DNA of 64,000 bases from Pavona decussata. Lineage: Eukaryota. The notes beneath the pieces were generated by a model that did no database searches, was not told the DNA's origin, and worked only from the letters and a program-made list of their open reading frames with translations. Position numbers and translations under genes: made by a program. Shown in pieces: positions 1-9,021 of this stretch (position 1 is its first letter; each line of letters begins with the position of its first letter). Location: positions 806,001 through 870,000 of the forward strand of contig CDRNST010000119.1 of NCBI GenBank assembly GCA_977016875.1. Reading direction: 5' to 3'.

Positions 1-256
1 CTTCTTAGCCCTATAAAAAGAAAACTGTTTTTGTCTTGGAAATACAACGCTGTACCTCGTTCCTGTACTTTGCAACAAGAAAGCCCGTTTCTGGGACTTT
101 TTAGTTTAAATCGGTTAAAATAATAACATTATTTCATTTTGAGTCACATCAATTTAAGACATTTGTTTTCTTATCTGCTGAGCAACAACAATGGTTGAGG
201 CATTTGTTGCACTTACTATGCGACAACTTACTAAGATGGAGAGTGCGTGTATTGCC

Positions 257-810
257 TCATGCCTTATTTGCATCCTGCAATGTTGCTGGGAAATTTTCCG
301 GAGCTCTTTTGATGGTGCTCAACTGGTCGTCAGAGAAAAGTGTTTTCCAGTGTCTTCCGTCTTCTGTGTAGCAAACAAGAAGTTCTTCATTTGCACGGAT
401 ATTTCGCTTTGACTTGTTTCAAAGGAAACCCTTTCGCTTGGGAAACTGGCAGTTACCACGTTCAGCTATAAGCCTAGAGAACTTGGATCCTGCCAAGGAA
501 AAAGGAAACAATCCGTCATTGCAATTTTTCCCCAACCCTGTCTCGTACTCCTTTTCTGTGCTGTCAGTGTCCACGGAAAATCCCTTTTTTTTGGACAGTC
601 ACAAGGTAATCCCCAGATCTATTCGGATCATGCCAGCCTACAGTAGCTGTTGGTGCATAGGCAGAAACAAATGTGTCGGTAGGTATTGCTCAAACAGTAA
701 AGAGCCCAGTGCCTGTACTTGCACCACCGATACCAATGCAAGTACTTTCACGAACCTGCAAGTGGTCCTCTGCTGTAGAAACAGGGGAATAATGGTGTCG
801 CTCGCAATTT
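257..810 (-). pseudogene. Disrupted SET-domain (protein lysine methyltransferase-like) gene, main exon, unit 1
   Basis: Manual minus-strand translation from 809: NCERHHYSPVSTAEDHLQVRESTCIGIGGASTGTGLFTV*AIPTDTFVSAYAPTATVGWHDPNRSGDYLVTVQK [+1 shift at A8 run, 585-592] KGFSVDTDSTEKEYETGLGKNCNDGLFPFSLAGSKFSRLIAERGNCQFPKRKGFL*NKSKRNIRANEELLVCYTEDGRHWKTLFSDDQLSTIKRAPENFPATLQDANKA*. SET hallmarks are in order: GxGLF..xxIP...FV..Y, N(H/D)...NC, RxI..xEELLxxY. In-frame TGAs at 692-690 and 421-419. A polypyrimidine-AG acceptor lies at 840-811. Confidence 0.8.
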
Positions 811-900
811 CTAAAATGGAAAAAATGAATAAATGAAGAATGATGTAATTAATAGTAAAGTAGAAAACTTGACTATTAATTTTGACAATTTTCCTGTCAC
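811..900 (-). other. Putative 90-nt GT-AG intron upstream of the SET exon (repeated in every unit)
   Basis: Minus strand: aaggacag|GTGACA ... very AT-rich ... ttcttcatttattcattttttccattttAG|aaattgc. The acceptor is strong and the donor moderate. Confidence 0.55.
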
Positions 901-1017
901 CTGTCCTTTTTCTGGGAGCTTAACGAGACGTGCTGTCCAAATGCAAACATAGCATAAACTACGACGTCTTTTGATCTAGTTCAAATAAAATGCTTTTGTA
1001 AGATGTTTTGGCACTAC
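901..1017 (-). pseudogene. Possible upstream exon of the SET gene remnant (disrupted)
   Basis: Flanked by acceptor-like ttcttccaaacAG (ending at 1018) and the donor at 900. It reads SAKTSYKSILFELDQKTS* in one frame and RRRSLCYVCIWTARLVKLPEKGQ in another. Phases do not join cleanly. Confidence 0.3.
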
Positions 1018-1277
1018 CTGTTTGGAAGAAGCGGAGTAAAATTTACTTATCTTTTTCACAGTAAATGCAAAGACATCGTAATTGTAATCGTAATTACAGA
1101 TGTTGGGGAGTGTTAGTACAATTAGTATTTGTATTATAAAGGCTGCTTTCTCTCTTATACTTGAATAGAGATACGATTATAAAAATACTCTAAACTTAAC
1201 CAACAAAAGCATAAGTTAATGATCAGATTAGAGATTTCCGTTTTATATAATTGAATAAGGGACTTGTTGTTTTTTTT

Positions 1278-2641
1278 TTACAGGAAGGTAACAAGAGGCT
1301 GTTCTTTTTGTTGCCTGGAGTCAGCATCAATGTACATTCCATAGACAGGACTCTCAGACTGGAATTGTGCACGAAGGTGTTTCTGTACCATTTGTCTACT
1401 GAAACCATAGACTTTCTGTTCTAGTTCCCTCTCATGCCAAGGTAATAAAGCAATCAGACGGCCTTCGTGCTGTATCCATTCAGGATATCCTCCTTGTCAC
1501 AACTGGCCAATATTAACAATGGAACTCTGACAAGACAACGTCATAAGTTGTATCAACATCAATTCCAATCAAATGGTTTATGGTGAAACTGCAGTTCAGA
1601 GGCCCAATGTGCTGCTCTCTTGCTATCCTCTGAAGGGCTAGCACGGGATTATCATAGCAGAACCTTATGAAGGCATGGCAATGTAGCGCCAGTAATGCAT
1701 TCAGACTGAGATGGAATGGTCATCCCTCTTTTGCAATCTTGGGATCAAAAGGGGACATTAAAACCAACTTCTCCACACAGGTGCAGAAAATAGCATCTAG
1801 ATTCTGAGCTCTCTCTCTGAAGGACATGTGGAGAACATAAACCAGAATTCTTTCAAGGGTCTTCCGTAATGGTCTGTAGGCTCGTTTCTTCCACCTCTGG
1901 AAGCTGGTAACAAAACTGTGCTTTTTCTTTATGAACAAATGAATCAAGGAAAAAGTGCACTGCCAGCATGGACCAGTGGCCTTTAAATAGCTTGAGAACA
2001 TTGCCTGTGTCGTCATTCCTGGCATAGTGAACAGCACAGAGTTCAGGCGCATCCACACGATTTAATATTGTGTACAATGCGTTTTCCAAGGGTGTATCAC
2101 TGGCTGGGTTTCCTCCAAGAATTATGCCATCACTGTCGTTTACCACAACTGTGTCGAGGTATGCAAAACATCCAAACGACCCCTTTCTGGAACAGAGGCT
2201 TGATAAGCACTTTGATCCAAGTATGGCTGGTGAAGCTCATCTCCAACTTTACACTCTGTGTAGTATGTCTGGAACAGCTTGTAACGCATTTTTCACTTTC
2301 CTGTTGGTTAAGTGACTGAGCGGCTCATTACTAAACTCCAAAATCGGGAACTGTTGGACATTCTTATGCACCTTCATAGCATCACCCAGGGCCGAGGCAG
2401 GGCTTCCAATGTCAATCTTCTCGTATAGAACTACAGCTATTCGAGGCCGCCTTGCTCATTGAGAAGCTGTTTTTTGCGATTCTGGTGCATCTTCTGGTTC
2501 GCCTGGCAAGGCCTTCATGGCTGTGCTAATCAGCTTGCCAACCTCACACGTTAGCTGAATGTTGAGTTAAAATTTCTGCTGTATGGCCAGGCATAATTTA
2601 TTTAGAACCTAAACAAAAAAATGTACAACTTACTCACCCAT
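1278..2641 (-). pseudogene. Gene A: multi-frameshifted remnant of an unidentified ~400-aa protein gene, unit 1 (repeated at the same position in all 23 full units)
   Basis: A higher-GC, coding-like segment whose minus-strand frames tile end to end: MKALPGEPEDAPESQKTASQ*ARRPRIAVVLYEKIDIGSPASALGDAMKVHKNVQQFPILEFSNEPL... / MRYKLFQTYYTECKVGDELHQPYLDQSAY... / VVNDSDGIILGGNPASDTPLENALYTILNRVDAPELCAVHY... (ORF 2146-1853) / LERILVYVLHMSFRERAQNLDAIFCTCVEKLVLMSPFDPKIAKEG*PFHLSLNALLALHCHAFIRFCYDNPVLALQRIAREQHIGPLNCSFTINHLIGIDVDTTYDVVLSEF / GQL*QGGYPEWIQHEGRLIALLPWHERELEQKVYGFSRQMVQKHLRAQFQSESPVYGMYIDADSRQQKEQPLVTFL* (TAA 1280-1278). Kozak ATG plus donor (gccATGG|gtgagt) at 2641. No family recognised. 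Confidence 0.55.
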
Positions 2642-2644
2642 GGC
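2632..2644 (-). promoter_or_regulatory. Kozak-context ATG immediately followed by a consensus splice donor (candidate start of gene A)
   Basis: Minus strand reads GCCATGG|GTGAGT. Splicing to the cacAG acceptor ending at 2521 (117-nt intron, CTAAC branch-like motif upstream) gives in-frame ATG GCC ATG AAG GCC TTG. Confidence 0.4.
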
Positions 2645-2993
2645 TAGAGCTGTGTTTATTACCATAATGGTTATCATCATCATCGTGTCTTTTATTTAAA
2701 CACAATAAAATTCGCGTCAAAAATTATATTCTCTTACTTCTTAGCCCTATAAAAAGAAAACTGTTTTTGTCTTGGAAATACAACGCTGTACCTCGTTCCT
2801 GTACTTTGCAACAAGAAAGCCCGTTTCTGGGACTTTTTAGTTTAAATCGGTTAAAATAATAACATTATTTCATTTTGAGTCACATCAATTTAAGACATTT
2901 GTTTTCTTTATCTGCTGAGCAACAACAATGGTTGAGGCATTTGTTGCACTTACTATGCGACAACTTACTAAGATGGAGAGTGCGTGTATTGCC

Positions 2994-3547
2994 TCATGCC
3001 TTATTTGCATCCTGCAATGTTGCTGGGAAATTTTCCGGAGCTCTTTTGATGGTGCTCAACTGGTCGTCAGAGAAAAGTGTTTTCCAGTGTCTTCCGTCTT
3101 CTGTGTAGCAAACAAGAAGTTCTTCATTTGCACGGATATTTCGCTTTGATTTGTTTCAAAGGAAACCCTTTCGCTTGGGAAACTGGCAGTTACCACGTTC
3201 AGCTATCAGCCTAGAGAACTTGGATCCTGCCAAGGAAAAAGGAAACAATCCGTCATTGCAATTTTTCCCCAACCCTGTTTCGTACTCCTTTTCTGTGCTG
3301 TCAGTGTCCACGGAAAATCCCTTTTTTTTGGACAGTCACAAGGTAATCCCCAGATCTATTCGGATCATGCCAGCCTACAGTAGCTGTTGGTGCATAGGCA
3401 GAAACAAATGTGTCGGTAGGTATTGCTCAAACAGTAAAGAGCCCAGTGCCTGTACTTGCACCACCGATACCAATGCAAGTACTTTCACGAACCTGCAAGT
3501 GGTCCTCTGCTGTAGAAACAGGGGAATAATGGTGTCGCTCGCAATTT
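2994..3547 (-). pseudogene. SET-domain remnant, unit 2
   Basis: Copy of 257-810, same lesions. Confidence 0.78.
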
Positions 3548-5730
3548 CTAAAATGGAAAAAATGAATAAATGAAGAATGATGTAATTAATAGTAAAGTAG
3601 AAAACTTGACTATTAATTTTGACAATTTTCCTGTCACCTGTCCTTTTTCTGGGAGCTTAACGAGACGTGCTGTCCAAATGCAAACATAGCATAAACTACG
3701 ACGTCTTTTGATCTAGTTCAAATAAAATGCTTTTGTAAGATGTTTTGGCACTACCTGTTTGGAAGAAGCGGAGTAAAATTTACTTATCTTTTTCACAGTA
3801 AATGCAAAGACATCGTAATTGTAATCGTAATTACAGATGTTGGGGAGTGTTAGTACAATTAGTATTTGTATTATAAAGGCTGCTTTCTCTCTTATACTTG
3901 AATAGAGATACGATTATAAAAATACTCTAAACTTAACCAACAAAAGCATAAGTTAATGATCAGATTAGAGATTTCCGTTTTATATAATTGAATAAGGGAC
4001 TTGTTGTTTTTTTTTTACAGGAAGGTAACAAGAGGCTGTTCTTTTTGTTGCCCGGAGTCAGCATCAATGTACATTCCATAGACAGGACTCTCAGACTGGA
4101 ATTGTGCACGAAGGTGTTTCTGTACCATTTGTCTACTGAAACCATAGACTTTCTGTTCTAGTTCCCTCTCATGCCAAGGTAATAAAGCAATCAGACGGCC
4201 TTCGTGCTGTATCCATTCAGGATATCCTCCTTGTCACAACTGGCCAATATTAACAATGGAACTCTGACAAGACAACGTCATAAGTTGTATCAACATCAAT
4301 TCCAATCAAATGGTTTATGGTGAAACTGCAGTTCAGAGGCCCAATGTGCTGCTCTCTTGCTATCCTCTGAAGGGCTAGCACGGGATTATCATAGCAGAAC
4401 CTTATGAAGGCATGGCAATGTAGCGCCAGTAATGCATTCAGACTGAGATGGAATGGTCATCCCTCTTTTGCAATCTTGGGATCAAAAGGGGACATTAAAA
4501 CCAACTTCTCCACACAGGTGCAGAAAATAGCATCTAGATTCTGAGCTCTCTCTCTGAAGGACATGTGGAGAACATAAACCAGAATTCTTTCAAGGGTCTT
4601 CCGTAATGGTCTGTAGGCTCGTTTCTTCCACCTCTGGAAGCTGGTAACAAAACTGTGCTTTTTCTTTATGAACAAATGAATCAAGGAAAAAGTGCACTGC
4701 CAGCATGGACCAGTGGCCTTTAAATAGCTTGAGAACATTGCCTGTGTCGTCATTCCTGGCATAGTGAACAGCACAGAGTTCAGGCGCATCCACACGATTT
4801 AATATTGTGTACAATGCGTTTTCCAAGGGTGTATCACTGGCTGGGTTTCCTCCAAGAATTATGCCATCACTGTCGTTTACCACAACTGTGTCGAGGTATG
4901 CAAAACATCCAAACGACCCCTTTCTGGAACAGAGGCTTGATAAGCACTTTGATCCAAGTATGGCTGGTGAAGCTCATCTCCAACTTTACACTCTGTGTAG
5001 TATGTCTGGAACAGCTTGTAACGCATTTTTCACTTTCCTGTTGGTTAAGTGACTGAGCGGCTCATTACTAAACTCCAAAATCGGGAACTGTTGGACATTC
5101 TTATGCACCTTCATAGCATCACCCAGGGCCGAGGCAGGGCTTCCAATGTCAATCTTCTCGTATAGAACTACAGCTATTCGAGGCCGCCTTGCTCATTGAG
5201 AAGCTGTTTTTTGCGATTCTGGTGCATCTTCTGGTTCGCCTGGCAAGGCCTTCATGGCTGTGCTAATCAGCTTGCCAACCTCACACGTTAGCTGAATGTT
5301 GAGTTAAAATTTCTGCTGTATGGCCAGGCATAATTTATTTAGAACCTAAACAAAAAAATGTACAACTTACTCACCCATGGCTAGAGCTGTGTTTATTACC
5401 ATAATGGTTATCATCATCATCGTGTCTTTTATTTAAACACAATAAAATTCGCGTCAAAAATTATATTCTCTTACTTCTTAGCCCTATAAAAAGAAAACTG
5501 TTTTTGTCTTGGAAATACAACGCTGTACCTCGTTCCTGTACTTTGCAACAAGAAAGCCCGTTTCTGGGACTTTTTAGTTTAAATCGGTTAAAATAATAAC
5601 ATTATTTCATTTTGAGTCACATCAATTTAAGACATTTGTTTTCTTTATCTGCTGAGCAACAACAATGGTTGAGGCATTTGTTGCACTTACTATGCGACAA
5701 CTTACTAAGATGGAGAGTGCGTGTATTGCC

Positions 5731-6284
5731 TCATGCCTTATTTGCATCCTGCAATGTTGCTGGGAAATTTTCCGGAGCTCTTTTGATGGTGCTCAACTGG
5801 TCGTCAGAGAAAAGTGTTTTCCAGTGTCTTCCGTCTTCTGTGTAGCAAACAAGAAGTTCTTCATTTGCACGGATATTTCGCTTTGACTTGTTTCAAAGGA
5901 AACCCTTTCGCTTGGGAAACTGGCAGTTACCACGTTCAGCTATAAGCCTAGAGAACTTGGATCCTGCCAAGGAAAAAGGAAACAATCCGTCATTGCAATT
6001 TTTCCCCAACCCTGTCTCGTACTCCTTTTCTGTGCTGTCAGTGTCCACGGAAAATCCCTTTTTTTTGGACAGTCACAAGGTAATCCCCAGATCTATTCGG
6101 ATCATGCCAGCCTACAGTAGCTGTTGGTGCATAGGCAGAAACAAATGTGTCGGTAGGTATTGCTCAAACAGTAAAGAGCCCAGTGCCTGTACTTGCACCA
6201 CCGATACCAATGCAAGTACTTTCACGAACCTGCAAGTGGTCCTCTGCTGTAGAAACAGGGGAATAATGGTGTCGCTCGCAATTT
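5731..6284 (-). pseudogene. SET-domain remnant, unit 3
   Basis: Copy of 257-810, same lesions. Confidence 0.78.
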
Positions 6285-8467
6285 CTAAAATGGAAAAAAT
6301 GAATAAATGAAGAATGATGTAATTAATAGTAAAGTAGAAAACTTGACTATTAATTTTGACAATTTTCCTGTCACCTGTCCTTTTTCTGGGAGCTTAACGA
6401 GACGTGCTGTCCAAATGCAAACATAGCATAAACTACGACGTCTTTTGATCTAGTTCAAATAAAATGCTTTTGTAAGATGTTTTGGCACTACCTGTTTGGA
6501 AGAAGCGGAGTAAAATTTACTTATCTTTTTCACAGTAAATGCAAAGACATCGTAATTGTAATCGTAATTACAGATGTTGGGGAGTGTTAGTACAATTAGT
6601 ATTTGTATTATAAAGGCTGCTTTCTCTCTTATACTTGAATAGAGATACGATTATAAAAATACTCTAAACTTAACCAACAAAAGCATAAGTTAATGATCAG
6701 ATTAGAGATTTCCGTTTTATATAATTGAATAAGGGACTTGTTGTTTTTTTTTTACAGGAAGGTAACAAGAGGCTGTTCTTTTTGTTGCCCGGAGTCAGCA
6801 TCAATGTACATTCCATAGACAGGACTCTCAGACTGGAATTGTGCACGAAGGTGTTTCTGTACCATTTGTCTACTGAAACCATAGACTTTCTGTTCTAGTT
6901 CCCTCTCATGCCAAGGTAATAAAGCAATCAGACGGCCTTCGTGCTGTATCCATTCAGGATATCCTCCTTGTCACAACTGGCCAATATTAACAATGGAACT
7001 CTGACAAGACAACGTCATAAGTTGTATCAACATCAATTCCAATCAAATGGTTTATGGTGAAACTGCAGTTCAGAGGCCCAATGTGCTGCTCTCTTGCTAT
7101 CCTCTGAAGGGCTAGCACGGGATTATCATAGCAGAACCTTATGAAGGCATGGCAATGTAGCGCCAGTAATGCATTCAGACTGAGATGGAATGGTCATCCC
7201 TCTTTTGCAATCTTGGGATCAAAAGGGGACATTAAAACCAACTTCTCCACACAGGTGCAGAAAATAGCATCTAGATTCTGAGCTCTCTCTCTGAAGGACA
7301 TGTGGAGAACATAAACCAGAATTCTTTCAAGGGTCTTCCGTAATGGTCTGTAGGCTCGTTTCTTCCACCTCTGGAAGCTGGTAACAAAACTGTGCTTTTT
7401 CTTTATGAACAAATGAATCAAGGAAAAAGTGCACTGCCAGCATGGACCAGTGGCCTTTAAATAGCTTGAGAACATTGCCTGTGTCGTCATTCCTGGCATA
7501 GTGAACAGCACAGAGTTCAGGCGCATCCACACGATTTAATATTGTGTACAATGCGTTTTCCAAGGGTGTATCACTGGCTGGGTTTCCTCCAAGAATTATG
7601 CCATCACTGTCGTTTACCACAACTGTGTCGAGGTATGCAAAACATCCAAACGACCCCTTTCTGGAACAGAGGCTTGATAAGCACTTTGATCCAAGTATGG
7701 CTGGTGAAGCTCATCTCCAACTTTACACTCTGTGTAGTATGTCTGGAACAGCTTGTAACGCATTTTTCACTTTCCTGTTGGTTAAGTGACTGAGCGGCTC
7801 ATTACTAAACTCCAAAATCGGGAACTGTTGGACATTCTTATGCACCTTCATAGCATCACCCAGGGCCGAGGCAGGGCTTCCAATGTCAATCTTCTCGTAT
7901 AGAACTACAGCTATTCGAGGCCGCCTTGCTCATTGAGAAGCTGTTTTTTGCGATTCTGGTGCATCTTCTGGTTCGCCTGGCAAGGCCTTCATGGCTGTGC
8001 TAATCAGCTTGCCAACCTCACACGTTAGCTGAATGTTGAGTTAAAATTTCTGCTGTATGGCCAGGCATAATTTATTTAGAACCTAAACAAAAAAATGTAC
8101 AACTTACTCACCCATGGCTAGAGCTGTGTTTATTACCATAATGGTTATCATCATCATCGTGTCTTTTATTTAAACACAATAAAATTCGCGTCAAAAATTA
8201 TATTCTCTTACTTCTTAGCCCTATAAAAAGAAAACTGTTTTTGTCTTGGAAATACAACGCTGTACCTCGTTCCTGTACTTTGCAACAAGAAAGCCCGTTT
8301 CTGGGACTTTTTAGTTTAAATCGGTTAAAATAATAACATTATTTCATTTTGAGTCACATCAATTTAAGACATTTGTTTTCTTTATCTGCTGAGCAACAAC
8401 AATGGTTGAGGCATTTGTTGCACTTACTATGCGACAACTTACTAAGATGGAGAGTGCGTGTATTGCC

Positions 8468-9021
8468 TCATGCCTTATTTGCATCCTGCAATGTTGCTGG
8501 GAAATTTTCCGGAGCTCTTTTGATGGTGCTCAACTGGTCGTCAGAGAAAAGTGTTTTCCAGTGTCTTCCGTCTTCTGTGTAGCAAACAAGAAGTTCTTCA
8601 TTTGCACGGATATTTCGCTTTGACTTGTTTCAAAGGAAACCCTTTCGCTTGGGAAACTGGCAGTTACCACGTTCAGCTATAAGCCTAGAGAACTTGGATC
8701 CTGCCAAGGAAAAAGGAAACAATCCGTCATTGCAATTTTTCCCCAACCCTGTCTCGTACTCCTTTTCTGTGCTGTCAGTGTCCACGGAAAATCCCTTTTT
8801 TTTGGACAGTCACAAGGTAATCCCCAGATCTATTCGGATCATGCCAGCCTACAGTAGCTGTTGGTGCATAGGCAGAAACAAATGTGTCGGTAGGTATTGC
8901 TCAAACAGTAAAGAGCCCAGTGCCTGTACTTGCACCACCGATACCAATGCAAGTACTTTCACGAACCTGCAAGTGGTCCTCTGCTGTAGAAACAGGGGAA
9001 TAATGGTGTCGCTCGCAATTT
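8468..9021 (-). pseudogene. SET-domain remnant, unit 4
   Basis: Copy of 257-810, same lesions. Confidence 0.78.

Noticed and set aside
583-592. Programmed -1 frameshift at A AAA AAG
   Set aside because: Restoring the SET frame needs a +1 shift (loss of one base). A homopolymer insertion is the simpler explanation.
191-836. Plus-strand ORFs of 73, 77 and 140 aa as genes
   Set aside because: They are antisense shadows of the SET remnant and show no recognisable motif. The 77- and 140-aa ORFs start at TTG, and the 77-aa ORF is lost in units 1 and 7.
1262-1290. T10 run as a plus-strand splice acceptor or a retrocopy poly(A) tail
   Set aside because: No plus-strand coding exon follows, and no AATAAA or target-site duplication supports a retrocopy.
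1720-2319. Overlapping 81-112 aa ORFs as independent small proteins
   Set aside because: The minus-strand ones are fragments of gene A with non-ATG starts, and one is truncated in seven units. The plus-strand ones are antisense shadows.
2609-2637. 29-nt mini-intron (gtgagt...tttgtttag), with a similar 29-nt GT-AG at 1046-1018
   Set aside because: Splicing the first gives ATG GGT TCT AAA TAA, an immediate stop. The length is also too short for most spliceosomes.
257-2641. Alternative genetic code (TGA = Trp) making the genes intact
   Set aside because: Several frameshifts are still required, so reassigning TGA alone does not restore the ORFs.
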